Positions 34,748 to 47,570 of a DNA stretch of 64,000 nt are shown in pieces. Positions within the stretch are counted from its first letter, which is position 1, and each line of letters opens with the position of its first letter. The notes beneath the pieces were generated by a model, which was given only the letters and a program-made list of their open reading frames with translations, was not told the DNA's origin and searched no databases. The stretch lies in the NCBI GenBank assembly GCA_950097015.1, contig CATNEN010000038.1, forward strand, positions 20,150,001 through 20,214,000, read 5' to 3'. The position numbers and the translations under genes were made by a program. The stretch is from Macrostomum hystrix. Lineage: Eukaryota; Animalia; Platyhelminthes.

Positions 34748-35171
34748 GGTGATGCGAAGCGATAATAGTAGCCCCAGAGCCTCCTATTTGCACCTGATTA
34801 GGCGCTTGGATAGCGATACGCTGGCCAGAGGCAACACCAACGTTCACGTTGACATTGGGCACAGTCGGGATTTTAATCCCGGCCGCTGTGGCAGTGGCCA
34901 GCGAGTTGGCCGCTGCCGACTGGGTCCCGGCTGGCAGGTTGGGATAGGCGGCGGCTGGCATAGCTCGAACCTCCGGCTCTACTGGGTCAACAGCGCCAGT
35001 CTCCTTCAGCTTGGCTGTCCACATCTTCTTTAATTCGTTTAAAATATTGTCATCGCCGTATTCTTCTTTGAATCGGTCGCGAATCGTGGCCAGTACATCG
35101 TCAATGATGCCTTGGTAGAATTTCGGCACCGGGGTGCCTAGCTTTGCGGAAGACTGCAAAAAAGGTGACAT
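32980..35171 (-). CDS. GTF2A1: Transcription factor IIA large subunit (alpha/beta precursor). Exons 35153 (or 35171)-34650, 34153-33809, 33183-32980
   Basis: N-terminal VPKFYQGIIDDV...LNELKKMWTAKL, QTDG cleavage-like site, C-terminal TDNIVVCQYDKINRARNKWKFHLKDGIMNLNGKDFVFQKATGEAEW*. All introns are phase 0. Confidence 0.95.
33220..33710. repeat. 24-bp minisatellite (GGATTAGTGTGGGAAATGACT core), intronic
   Basis: Tandem array; translated periodicity of 7 codons indicates a 21-bp core unit. Confidence 0.85.
34283..34628 (-). mobile_element. SINE family A in TFIIA intron
   Basis: Full-length reverse-complement match to 16654-16980. Confidence 0.88.
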
Positions 35172-35264
35172 AGATCGTAATTACTTTAAGAAAGGACACG
35201 GAACAGTACTAAACTGCTACACTCAACAGTGAGGAAATATAAGGACAGTCTGATCAAGCTTTAG

Positions 35265-36205
35265 ATCTGGGGGATCCTAATCTGGAGATGTGGGAGAATC
35301 CCAATCTGGAGATGTGGGAGAATCCCAATCTGAAAATGTGGGGGAATCCTAATCTGGAGACCTGGGAGAATCCTAATCTGGAGATGTGGGGGAATCCTAA
35401 TCTGGAGACCTGGGAGAATCCTAATCTGGAGATGTGGGAGAATCCTAATCTGGAGATGTGGGAGAATCCTAATCTGAAGATGTGGGGGAATCCTAATCTG
35501 AAGATGTGGGGGAATCCTAATCTGAAGATGTGGGGAATCCTAATCTGGAGATGTGGGAGAATCCTAATCTGGAGATCTGGGAGAACCAGAATCTGAAGCT
35601 TGGGATCGAGGATAATCTGAAACTGTAGCTGGGGATCTGGGAGAATTTAAATCTTGAGTTAGGGATCTGGGAGAATTTTAATCTGGAGTTAGGGATCTGG
35701 GAGAATTTGAATCTGGAGTAAGGGATCTGGGAGAATTTTAATTTGGAGTTAGGGATCTGGAAGAATTTTACTCTGGAGTTAGGGATCTGGGAGAATTTGA
35801 ATCTGGAGTTAGGGATCTGGGAGAATTTGAATCTGGAGTTAGGGATCTGTCAGAATTTGAATCTGGAGTTAGGGATCTGGGAGAATTTAAATCTGGAGTT
35901 AGGGATCTGGGAGAATTTAAATCTGGAGTTAGGGGTCTGGGAGAATTTAAATCTGGAGTTAGGGATCTGGGAGAATTTAAATCTGGAGTTAGGGATCTGG
36001 GAGAATTTTAATTTGGAGTTAGGGATCTGGGAGAATTTGAATCTGGAGTTAGGGATCTGGGAGAATTTAAATCTGGAGTTAGGGATCTGGGAGAATTTTA
36101 ATTTGGAGTTAGGGATCTGGAAGAATTTTACTCTGGAGTTAGGGATCTGGGAGAATTTAAATCTGGAGCTGGGAATCTGGGAGAATAGAAATCTGAAATT
36201 TGGGA
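35265..36205. repeat. Compound minisatellite: 27-bp unit (AATCTGGAGATGTGGGAGAATCCT-type, to ~35590), then 30-bp unit (ATCTGGAGTTAGGGATCTGGGAGAATTTAA)
   Basis: Two adjacent related arrays (8-codon then 10-codon periodicity, i.e. 24 bp and 30 bp). Confidence 0.88.
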
Positions 36206-36924
36206 ATTAAGAATTCGTAGTCTAAGGGATTGGTAGCTAAAGCTAATAAAAAAAAATCTAAAACAAAATGAAGTAGAGAAAACACAGTCGAAAAGAACAG
36301 TTACTAAAATTTGGATAAACAGGTTATATTTATTTATACTTACCTCATGTTCGGCGCTAAAGATACAACGCCTAAAAATACAAGAACAATTTAGTTTTAC
36401 TATGCTGCTTTAGGTCTGTATATAGATAGGGAGATACTCAGGGGATATTATATAATGCTAGTGACACCCATATAGAGACAAAAGTACGCTTGCTTATTTA
36501 ACTGAATTGTTGTTATTAGTTCGCATTTCAAAGCAAGGACAGAAGTTAGTAGCGGAATATTTAAATTCAATCAACAGTTTCAATTAACAAACGCAATTAT
36601 GTAATTATGGAGTTACAGCGGAAGTTCAACTACTTGACCGGCTTTTATAATAAAAAAAGGAACCAAAGCGATAAAGAAACAGAAAGCAATTTAACCAACA
36701 AGCACTGGGATCTATCGACCGGTCCTGTTTGAGTCCATTTTGCTCAAACAGATTCTACTTTTCAAAAAATTACACACCATATTAAGTATTTGAAACAGTT
36801 TACTAGTGAGTAATATCTGCCGTATATACCCCAACAGAGTTCTTCGCCAATTCGCCAACCTCGCAAATGGCACACAATGCCCCCCAGGTCACGTGATTGC
36901 TTATGGTTTAACCAATAGTGAACT

Positions 36925-37545
36925 TTAGTCCATCCGGGTCTTAAGTGTGTGCACGGTCACGTGGTCGCGCTCAATCAGGTAGACGTGGCAGCCCCAGCCG
37001 CTAGCGGCGTCCCTATCGAATGCGTTCAGCATGGCTTGGCTGATGCATTCGACCAATTCGTCAGAGGACATGTCCGGACGCCACAAAGTCTCGCACATGC
37101 CGAACATCTGCTCGGTACAGGTGCCGCTAACGGCGAAATCTTCCGGCTCCATTGGGCAGCCAATCAGATCCATTGTGGCAACGTATGGCTCCATGGTTAC
37201 AGGGTCTAGGCCGGCAACTACTGGCTCAACAAAATAAGGCCCAAATCGACGCTCGTACAACAGATTCGAGATCATATTCATTAGGGTGCGCGGCCTGACG
37301 GATTTATTCTCGCGCAATTCGTATAGATTTTTGCGAAACTGCATTCGTTGAAACACAGTCTGAGTGTCCGTAGCCAGACCGGGGAACCCGACAAACAGTC
37401 TGGGGCCAAGCTGTTTCACCTTGTCGAATTCCATGCTAATAGTCTGCATCTGAACACCGAAGCGTAGATCGCTGGCAATGGCCACACAGTCCCGACCTTT
37501 CATAGCCATGACGCAGCCACCATTGTAGGACATAGGATTAGACAT
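36925..37545 (-). CDS. PSMB3: Proteasome subunit beta type-3, intronless CDS
   Basis: [26 protein letters not shown]...[10 protein letters not shown]...DRDAASGWG...LKTRMD*. Confidence 0.98.
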   Translation of the reverse strand: MSNPMSYNGGCVMAMKGRDCVAIASDLRFGVQMQTISMEFDKVKQLGPRLFVGFPGLATDTQTVFQRMQFRKNLYELRENKSVRPRTLMNMISNLLYERRFGPYFVEPVVAGLDPVTMEPYVATMDLIGCPMEPEDFAVSGTCTEQMFGMCETLWRPDMSSDELVECISQAMLNAFDRDAASGWGCHVYLIERDHVTVHTLKTRMD

Positions 37546-37610
37546 GCTGTAGTCGCTGAAAGGACATTGTTGCGAAGTAAGATGGGAGTTGAGCAGACGG
37601 AAACACTACG

Positions 37611-38097
37611 GGACACAGGGTTCTGTATAATACAGGTTCTACAGGACACAGGGTTCTGTATAATACAGGTTCTACAGGACACAGGGTTCTGTATAATACT
37701 GGTTCTACAGGACACAGGGTTCTGTATAATACTGGTTCTACAGGACACAGGGTTCTGTATAATACTGGTTCTACAGGACACAGGGTTCTGTATAATACAG
37801 GTTCTACAGGACACAGGGTTCTGTATAATACTGGTTCTACAGGACACAGGGTTCTGTATAATACTGGTTCTACAGGACACAGGGTTCTGTATAATACTGG
37901 TTCCACAGGACACAGGGTTCTGTATAATGCTGGTTCTACAGGACACAGGGTTCTGTATAATACTGGTTCTACAGGACACAGGGTTCTGTATAATACAGGT
38001 TCCACAGGACACAAGTTGCTGTACAATACAGGGTCCTAAAGAACACAACGTTCTGTATAATACTGGTTCAACAGGACACAAGGTTCCATAGGACACA
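37611..38097. repeat. 33-bp minisatellite (GGACACAGGGTTCTGTATAATACTGGTTCTACA) in PSMB3 5'-UTR intron
   Basis: About 14 units. Confidence 0.95.
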
Positions 38098-39552
38098 TGG
38101 TTCTATATTCTTAGCTTTAATAGTAAAAATGGTAAAAGCTCACTCAAAAGGATGTTATGCCTCTGTAAAATAAAAAGTCAAGCCTCTGAGTAAGCCAGCA
38201 TGTGCTGCAAGTAAGTGCATACGATATATTTGGTAAGCTAATTAATAGATAAACAAACAACATTACAGGGATTTGAAATCTAGAGACTGAGACTTTTTGT
38301 TATTTGGGTACAGGGGATATTATAAAGAAATTAAATCGTACACAAGCTAATTTTTACTGCAAACAAACAAACAAAAAATAACTATCACAAGCAGCAAAAA
38401 GTCAAACAGTTTTGTTCCTGCAATCCGGCAGTCAAATCTGTATTTTTGGTTGGACGACATCACTTGGTTGGACGATGTTTTCAGTGAGAAGCCACACGAT
38501 TCACGAACAAACTATTGCTATACAATTTAGAGGTGCTACTACAGCAAATTGACGAGAAAAAATCTGTGCTGTAGAGACGAGCAGGTGACATAATACACAT
38601 ATGGAAACATTTAATAAAGGGAGGCTTGCGTGTTTAGGTCTGCAAAAATTCTACCATCACAATTCTGAGACAAAAACACAGCAACTTTAAATACTGTTAC
38701 AAACACACAACATCAATTCTTTAATCTAAACTATAGTACAACTGATATAATAATTAAACGAGAATACAAAAACTTTTTCTCAGAATGCATGTAAGCGGAA
38801 AACAACAAAGAATAACAAAGTGCAATTAGGGTAAAATGACATAATAAAGTCAATCAATGGAGATTACTTTTCTGTCAACTGAAAAGCCTAAACATCGTTA
38901 TCTACGAAAGTAAAATGACACTTATCGATACCAAAAGTAACAACGTAACGTTAATGGCATTTTCTATATATTTGAAGGGGCACGAATTGCTAGTCTAGTA
39001 TACTATTTCAGGAAAACACACATGGTTTTGATATAGAACGAAGATAGATAATAAACTATTGATTAATTTTAAGTATACGACTTTATTGCCAGCTTATGCC
39101 GGATATGATAATGAGGATAATTAAAAGACTGGAAGATAAAACTACTATACACTACGAGAATGACACATCAAGTACAAAAGCCAGCTGTGTATACAGTGTA
39201 CGCGTAAAGGTATTGAGTTTTGAGTGCTTAAAAATGGCCTTTTTATTTTAAAGCGAAGGAAAATATGCATAGCAAGTGATAAACACACTTGAACAGAGCA
39301 AGAAGCAAGCTAATTTTATATTTATAACATTTTAACAAACTTTCTGTTCACAACAATGTTTTTAGTGATGGAATAAAAAGCAGCGACTGGAGGGTCTAAA
39401 CTTATGCTCGGTGTTTTATCACACGATCAGACAGATCACTAGACTAGAAGACTAATAGAATAGTATTGATAATTTCGTTCTTATCATATCAAAATCATAG
39501 CAACAATATGCGAGTACAATGCGCCCAATAGAGCAACAAATTAATTGTGAGC

Positions 39553-40359
39553 TCAATTTTCAGGCGCTCCGGGACGTCGAGTTTGAATCATGCGCGGCCT
39601 CGAAGCGGCGCCGCCGCCATTGATTTTCCTAGTCAAATTGGCGCCGCATCCGTTGACGATTTCGCCATCAGCCTGGCAGTCTATATCAGCGCAAGGTGTT
39701 ACAACAATGTCCGGATGATGCATCTCACTAGCGGAGTGCAGAGTGTGATCCTCACCAGGCGCTAAAGAGGCTAAAGCCGATAGCACATCGTAGCTAACTA
39801 CCGGCGCATCTTCCGGGTGCTGCTCCCAGCCAACTGGCGGCGAAGCTGGCGGAGATATTAAAAACAATTTATCCGGCTGCGGCGGCAATAAGGAATTCTC
39901 GCCTAGCCTAATAGCCGCCCAGCTGGCAAAGTAAACGGAAACCTCGCAGCCGGCCACAGTCTGGCGATGCATTCGCAGCCTGGCTAGAAGGGCCAGCTCT
40001 GGCCGGCTCATTGTGACCTGGGCCCGGCGAAATGTGCGTAAATAATGAAACTGACAATCTGGATCGATCTCTCTAAATAGAGATTCGAACTCTTGACGCA
40101 TCGACTCCGAGGCGAATAGAGATGGTGGGAGGCCATTAACAGCCAGCATTAGGGGCACTTCTTCCTCGTCGGATTCCTCAGCTAAGTGCTCGTCTTGAAC
40201 TAATTCTGCATTGTTGCGCACTGGGAAATGCTCCTGCTGCGGCTGCTGCTGGTGTCCATGAATAGCACTATCGCTATCGTTATTAGTGACCTCTTGTAGG
40301 CCTAGGGCGCGCAAACTCTCGGCAACGCTTTTCTCGACGTCTTGCTGGTGGCGCTGCAT
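39553..40359 (-). CDS. RCAN: Regulator of calcineurin (calcipressin/RCAN)
   Basis: RRM (YLRTFRRAQV), LLPP, FLISPPASPPVGW, PxIxIT-like PDIVVT, C-terminal IQTRRP. Start placed at the in-frame ATG after the acceptor at 40373. Confidence 0.92.
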   Translation of the reverse strand: MQRHQQDVEKSVAESLRALGLQEVTNNDSDSAIHGHQQQPQQEHFPVRNNAELVQDEHLAEESDEEEVPLMLAVNGLPPSLFASESMRQEFESLFREIDPDCQFHYLRTFRRAQVTMSRPELALLARLRMHRQTVAGCEVSVYFASWAAIRLGENSLLPPQPDKLFLISPPASPPVGWEQHPEDAPVVSYDVLSALASLAPGEDHTLHSASEMHHPDIVVTPCADIDCQADGEIVNGCGANLTRKINGGGAASRPRMIQTRRPGAPEN

Positions 40360-40517
40360 TGCGCATCGCTTGCTGAAAATGTGCACAAAGGGGTTGATTT
40401 TAGAGTCAAGAAAAAATGCAAACATTAAACTATATAAAAAGCCTTTCATTACATTGCATCAAGCTTATAAAATAACACCGGGAAAGAGTCTTAAATTACG
40501 AAATTACTCGTTTATGA

Positions 40518-40822
40518 ATTCAGGGATTAAGGGCTGATCAGAGATGACTTCAGGGGTCGAGGAATGATTAGAGATGACTTCAGGGATTAAGGGCTGATCA
40601 GAGATGACTTCAGGGATTGAGGACTGGTCAGAGATGACTTCAGGGATTAAGGGCTGATCAGAGATGACTTCAGGGATTGAGGACTAGTCAGAGACGACTT
40701 CAGGTATCGAGGGATGATTAGAGATGACTTCAGGGATTAAGGGCTGATCAGAGATGACTTCAGGGATTGAGGACAGGTCAGAGACGACTTCAGGGATCGA
40801 GGGATGATTAGAGATGACTTCA
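40518..40822. repeat. 30-bp minisatellite (TCAGAGATGACTTCAGGGATTAAGGGCTGA)
   Basis: About 10 units. Confidence 0.93.
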
Positions 40823-41557
40823 TAAGGGAGGTAGTGGAGATAAATATATTTTCTACACAAAAGAGTTAACGCAATAATCAAAGAACTAAGACCACAAAAC
40901 ACGTTGAGCTTACTTAGTCAGAAAAGACATGACTCATTTATATACATGCACAAATAGGCCTTCATAATTCATAACAGTTTAACATCATGAGCGCGACTAA
41001 TTTCCACAGTAGAGCAAGAACGCTGTGGCAGCACTAAAAGACAAACAAGATGGTCGAAATCAAAGCGCCGTTTCGGTTGGACAAAATACCGGCCATTCAC
41101 CATTCTCCGTCTCTCTATTCGAAATCACATTAGCCAAAGAGTTGAAATTTGAAATCATAATTGCAAAAATGATAAGTAAATAAAAAACGGTATTTCCAGT
41201 CACTTTTGCCATTGATAGTTATTAGGAAACGCCACTTGACAAAACTTAATATTGTTATCCGACTCTAAAATAAACCAATGCAATGATTAATTTTAAATAA
41301 CAAGCAAAAACTGCAAGACAGACAGACTGCTTCTTTGCTGCGTAGCATTGGGCAGGAAATATATGAATCTGCGTAGTTTTAGAAGGCCATTAAATTGGGC
41401 GAGATGAAGAGGAGACGGAAACGGGTGTAAGTTTGTATCCAGGAAGTAGCTAATCAATCAATATAGAGGATATCCCAGTTCTCATGGGGCTAAAGGGTTG
41501 AAGACACTTAAGAAGAGAAATTTAATTAATGGAACACTAGCGGTCCAGCCCAGCCAA

Positions 41558-42043
41558 TCACAGAGTGACCTTGACTATACTGTAAGACGATTGGCTGCTA
41601 ACGGTACCAGAAGCCGTTAGCTTATCAGCTAGGCCAGTTGTCACAATTGGCATAGAGTCTAACAGAGCTTCTAGCCTGGCGCGTTGAAACTGCAATTCGG
41701 CTAAATTGTTCACAATTTCCGATAGGCCGGCCAGAGAGGCGGCGCTAATTGGCGTCGTGGCCGATGATAGCCTAGTATCGCCAGACGATCTGGCGCCAGC
41801 CGCTAGCTGATTAAAGTTAGCCGTCAATAGTAGGTCAAGCCAGGTCACTAGTAAGTCTAGATCAATAGTAATGGACGACTCAGAAGCTGCGGCAGTCAAC
41901 TGGGCAGTTAGATAGGCCCAAAGAATGCGCAACTGATCAATAGTTAGCTGGCGCAGCGAAAACAGAATTGCGCTGTCGGATATGCGACCGCCTTCGCCTA
42001 TGGTGGCGGCCAGCTCAGCCAATAGGCTTGCGCCGCCATTCTC
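41558..42043 (-). CDS. NOL11-like C-terminal domain exon
   Basis: LVTWLDLLLTANF and terminal SYSIVKVTL* resemble the NOL11 C-terminus (recalled as DWICLLLDANF...YSIEVLELF); phase-0 acceptor TTCTATTCCAG. Confidence 0.6.
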   Translation of the reverse strand, partial: ENGGASLLAELAATIGEGGRISDSAILFSLRQLTIDQLRILWAYLTAQLTAAASESSITIDLDLLVTWLDLLLTANFNQLAAGARSSGDTRLSSATTPISAASLAGLSEIVNNLAELQFQRARLEALLDSMPIVTTGLADKLTASGTVSSQSSYSIVKVTL

Positions 42044-42093
42044 CTGGAATAGAAACGAATATAAGATTAATAAGAATAAACACGATATGTCCT

Positions 42094-42616
42094 ACACTGA
42101 CTGCCGCCACAGACTCTTCACCGACTGCTGCTAGACTCCACACTGACTGCCGCCAGACTCCACACTGACTGCTGCTAGACTCCACACTGACTGCCGCCAG
42201 ACTCCACACTGACTGCGACCACAGACTCCACACTGACTACAGCCAGACTCAACACTGACTGCCGCCAGACTCCACACTGACTACCGCCAGACTCCACACT
42301 GACTACAGCCAGACTCCACACTGACTGCCGCCACAGACTCTACACTGACTACAGCCAGACTCAACACTGACTGCCGCCACAGACTCCACACTGACTACAG
42401 CCAGACTCAACACTGACTGCCGCCAGACTCCACACTGACTACCGCCAGACTCCACACTGACTACCGCCAGACTCCACACTGACTGCCGCCAGACTCCACA
42501 CTGACTACAGCCAGACTCCACACTGACTGCCGCCACAGACTCTACACTGACTGCCGCCACAGACTCCACACTGACTGCCGCCACAGACTCTACACTGACT
42601 GCCGCCACACTGACTG
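42094..42616. repeat. 24/27-bp minisatellite (CAGACTCCACACTGACTGCCGC)
   Basis: Tandem array. Confidence 0.93.
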
Positions 42617-45600
42617 ACTTCACAATAACTACCTACGTAAAAAAACATCAATTTTGCTTTCAGTACATTACCTTCCATAGCTTCAGCTTTTCATTGTCAG
42701 GCATTGATTTGCAACAACGGGACAAGCAGGCCTGCAATCGCCTACAGAAATCTTCTACTTCATTTGGTACGGTAGTACAGTCTGGCTCTAAATAGCGACT
42801 GTCTGTGTCGATGCCCATTGTTTCTTTTGCTGACATAATCGTCCCATTTAAGTCAGTAGATTTCACAGGCCCAATGGATTTCACCTCTTCAATGGCAGCC
42901 TGGCTGCGCCTGTGACTGTTTAGTTTTCGCTTCTGAAAATATAGGTCGAATATTTGATTAGTGAAGATATTTAAAAAGGCATGTCAAGTTGTAGCCTTAA
43001 AAATCCATTAGTCTAATTTTATTAAAGTATTTATCTAATATGAAATATCTAGACTATCAGAGCTACTGTAGACAGTGTGCCATAGCAATCCTAAGGTGGA
43101 ATAGATTGTGTGTCATGACAATTTTCAAACCATACAGTGGCATAAACAGTGCATCATGGCAATCTTTAAATCTCAAATCTTGCAAGTGATTTTTTCCAGT
43201 AACATGTTTTATATCCTTGCTTGGGATTTCACAGGTCACTGTATTTAGCTTGCATGATAAATAAAGTTCTTGCATTCTAATTTAGCGAGTGTATCATGGC
43301 ATTTGGCCAAGTAAGTTTCACACTTAGCAACTTTGTGGACAAGCAAGAGTATGCTAGATGCCATTCATATTAACACCATTTATTCTATTTAAGCCTTAGT
43401 GAAGTACTCTAGTTGATATTTGTTATTATTTTTATAATTATTATTCAAAAATAATGCATTACTTTTATAAGTTTTTATTAATAAGGGCCTAGATAAATTT
43501 AAATACATAAATAGCCAACTTGAAACTAGAAAATGAATTGCAGAAAAAATAAGTTTATTGTTGGAAAATATAAATTTAACTTCTTTATTTTGTTATATTT
43601 TTATTCATACCTGTAAAATATTTAAGTAAACCAGATCTTAGAAGCTTTTTATTAACTTAAAAGTACTTTTGTCATTTAAATGTAGAATATGCACCCATTA
43701 GCATAAAAATATCTTTAAGAGATAAAACTAATATTAATTAAAACCAATAAGTAAATATTAATAGTTTAGTTTACCAATAATTTTCTTATTGGCATGTAAA
43801 TAAGTGTGTAGTAAGTGTGTAATTTTTTCTATAAATTAAATTAGCACACAATGATATAAATCAAAACTTGGCACTATAAGTAATATATGCTTAAAATTTC
43901 TACCCTCCTGAAAAGAGAAGCTACAGTGCTTATACCAAGCATATTGTAAAATTATAGAGTAATAGGCCACCTAGCTACCTGAACAAATGAAATTGAGGCA
44001 CAGTACTATGGCCATAGTCAGGAAGATGTCATTTTACTCGGAAAATTCTGGTGTACACAGGGAAATTTTGGGCCAATCTTGGTATACACAGTGTACCACA
44101 GTTTAGAGAAAGTACCCCATGTTGTGCAATGGCATGCCATGAGACACAATTGTATGCTGTGCCACTGTGGGCATGGGGCCCTCCCCACCCACAATATCCT
44201 GAATCCTGATGCACGACTACATAAAATGTATTTTAAAAAACGGAAAATTGTATATGCACTGTTGTGAATTTATTGTGAAAAGGAAAAATGTTTTTTCCTG
44301 GTGCTAATTTTCTTTTGTTAAAGTTGATGAAATTTCACCATAAATGAAAACTGTTAAAGTTTGACTTTTACAATATTTTAAACTTCTGTTTTAATACATT
44401 TTGTAATGTTAACTACTTTGTAATATTGTGATAGTGCATACATTAGAATAATACCTACAATACCTATGGAATTAGCTGCTAATGAAAAGGAATAAACAGT
44501 CCCTGTTTCAGATGGATTTTGTAATGGACTGTAAATAGTAAATTGATGTCTATACAACATCTATTTGTTAAGCTACGGATAGGAATGGCTTTGCCACTTT
44601 TTTAAAGCCAAAAGAGTTTTATATTGGAAACAAAAAACATGCCTTGTCAGCATCGTACTCATATTCAATGTACTCCTAAATCAAAATTTGGTACTTTAAT
44701 ACTGCTCAGTGTAATAGAAGATATATATATATCCCATAATGTAGATAACAAAAAATGAAGTATATGCTTTTGGAAATTTTTAAATCCATGAAAAAACAAA
44801 AAAGTTATTGCAGCAATTTTTTTTCCAAGTCAAATCCATCTGGTCATCTGGATCACAGCCCCTTATAGGAAAAATGCATTACGAAAACAACTAGGGTAAA
44901 GCTAAGTTATAGAAAACAGTTACATCTTTTTAAAAAGTATCTGCTTTTGCTATTTTATCAAATAGAAAAAAGTTATTCCTGCTTTTTATCTAAAACTGAA
45001 CAAAGATTTTCATGTATCTTCAAACCAAACAGAGAATTTTATGTTTGGTTTTACAATTTGAGTGAGTGGTTTAATCTTATTTTAAGGAGTGAACTATCAT
45101 GAATTATGTAATTTGAAAGCATTTTTCATGCTCTATAAATAACTACATTTATGGTCATTTATTTGGCAAGCAACCACATACAATCTTCGTCTAAAGTACA
45201 TACTGAAAAATGTTGTTAAAAAGTATGCTTTTGCAATAAAAATTTCTACTGAAACATCAATATCTTTCTTTCCTCTTAATGCTTCATTGCACATCATGCC
45301 TCAGCTTGTAGATAATTTCTTCAACTTTCAAATTAGTTGTTCTGTGAAACACAATAGCTTGTTTCTGTCTTGCACGAGACCAAGGAAGAAGTCAAAATTC
45401 TTGTTTGGTTTTGAAGATACACTGTTTGGTTGTTGATACAATACCCTAGGCCTAAAATGTTGAACAAAAATTGTTATAACTTTTTTTCTTACTTTTGATA
45501 AGTGAGGTGTCTTTTAACTTCAAGACAAGTAGAATATATAACACAAGAATGGTCCAATTTTTTATTTTTAATTTCTTACTGGAGCCCCTAGCCATGATCC

Positions 45601-47200
45601 TGACTATGGTACTATGGCAGTGGACAATAGGCCTACATTGAAGCACTGCAAAAATGAAAAAAAAATAATTTTGTCATATCTCCACATCCCTACATAGGCA
45701 TATTACCAACCAATACTCTTTTTAGTAAAAAAATCTGATTAAAAGCTAAACTAGTCCTCTGTTTTGATGAAAAAGTTGCTAGAAAACATAAGCAATATAC
45801 CACTTCTATATAGTAACTAGACCTAGACCAAGTGAGCAACAACATGTAGGTAGGCCTAATAACTTTAATAGGCATGTCTACCCATCAATCACAAATAGGA
45901 AAGGCAGAGCTTATTCCCACGGTCCCGTGCTGATAATTTCAATTTTATCCACACGGATCCTTGCCAATAATTTTCTGCTTATCCACATGGCAGCTTGTAT
46001 GAATAGGTCTAAAACTCTTTATATAAATATGCTGTGCTGTTAAATTTTCGGCACAGGACTGTGGGAATAAGCACTTCCAATAGGAAATGGTTATATTAGC
46101 TAATAAATTAATAGTTGATTTGCTTTTCATACAGTAGGCCTACACTAGGTTAATAATAACATAACCAGCCATTGACATTGACATTAGGACTAGGCTAGCT
46201 AAATCTTTTGATTCATTAGGCCCTATTTATTTTTTTACAAAGAAGCAGAATCCAACATATAATCAATAAGCTACATTAACATAATGTAGATAAAAATAGT
46301 CTGGGTTACTTTCTTTCTTGAGCATAGCCTAGCGTATAGGCCTTAAGGGAATAGGCCAAGCATAGGCGTAGCTAAAAGTCTGAAACCTGATAGCAATAGC
46401 AATACATAACTCTGCTGCCACTCTCACCCAACCAGTTATCCCAAACTGTCACCAAACGCCCATAATTGCTTAGGACCATTGGTAGCTTTGAATATAGAGA
46501 CCATAAAGCCTATCTATTTAGAATGTAACTGGCTGGTAAATTATAAACCAAGGTTGTGTGCTAAAGCTATGCAGTGCAGTGTGAGTGACTGAGTGGATCG
46601 TAATTGTTACTCAATCAAATTTGATTTTTCGCAATATTGCTTAAAATGTTAAACAAAAAGTTTATAAGAAGGCTAAGAAATTGGCAAAAAAGTTTACTGT
46701 ATTACTCATAAAGTTTAAAGCTACTTTATAAGTTTCTAGAAAGGCTAGTAAATATTAATTACTTTAGCTCAAAATATGTGGCTTTCCATTTATTCGAAAC
46801 GCTAATTCGCCTTTTACAATTAAAAAACGTATATTGATCTTATTAATTCTTTGACTAGCATCTTATTGCTGCTGTAACTTCTAAACTTGAGCCCCAACTG
46901 ATCTAAAAAATCTGTAGGGTAATGTATCATCAACCAAACAAGAATGTGTATTATTTTCACTTCAAACCTAAGCTACATTTTTTCTATTTAAGATATGATG
47001 ATAAATAATAAGCCAAGTTAAGTGCAGCAGTACATAAAATTGCACTTTGTGCAATCAGCATCCAGCCTTGTGCCGGATCATACATTTTTTGGATAACCTT
47101 GTGAGAATAATATGTTTTGATTTAGAAAACTGCCAGTTTTCCTATACATACATGTACAGAACACTGTTCAAGTACTAGGCTGGGGCCTAGCTACAAGAAT

Positions 47201-47570
47201 GGGGGGTTGGTGGCAAAGCGGTTATTGTGTTTGCCTCTCGCACCACTGTCCCTAAGTTCAATTCCACAGCAAGGCCACATTTATTTGTATGCACAGCCGC
47301 AGAGAGAAGGCTTGGGGGCTTGTTGTGCAATTTATGCTCTTGAGGGCCAACCTCCAAGGCACAGTGAAATGTACACTGCCTGACAATGAGAAAGTCAGGG
47401 CAGATGTACACACCTGTGTGAGCATATGCCTGCGTACGGTATCTGTGTGTGTGTGTGTGTGTGCTCAGGAGTCAGCAAAATGGGCAGAATTGCCTCCTTG
47501 CTGGCTGCAGGTCTAGTGTCACTAAATGATATGCCATTGCCTGCAGACCTGCAATTATTATTCTTTATTA
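47201..47570 (+). mobile_element. SINE family A, CpG-decayed copy
   Basis: Full-length match to 16654-16980 with many CG>TG/CA changes. Confidence 0.88.

Noticed and set aside
40360-40449. N-terminal extension of the RCAN ORF (MKGFLYSLMF...)
   Set aside because: It lies upstream of a good splice acceptor at 40373 and looks intronic.
17560-42623. Many repetitive ORFs (e.g. SASL, LTSPPN, VTPRVL, ELGIWENLN, QNPVSCRT repeats)
   Set aside because: They are translations of minisatellites, open in several frames and strands, and lie in introns or spacers.
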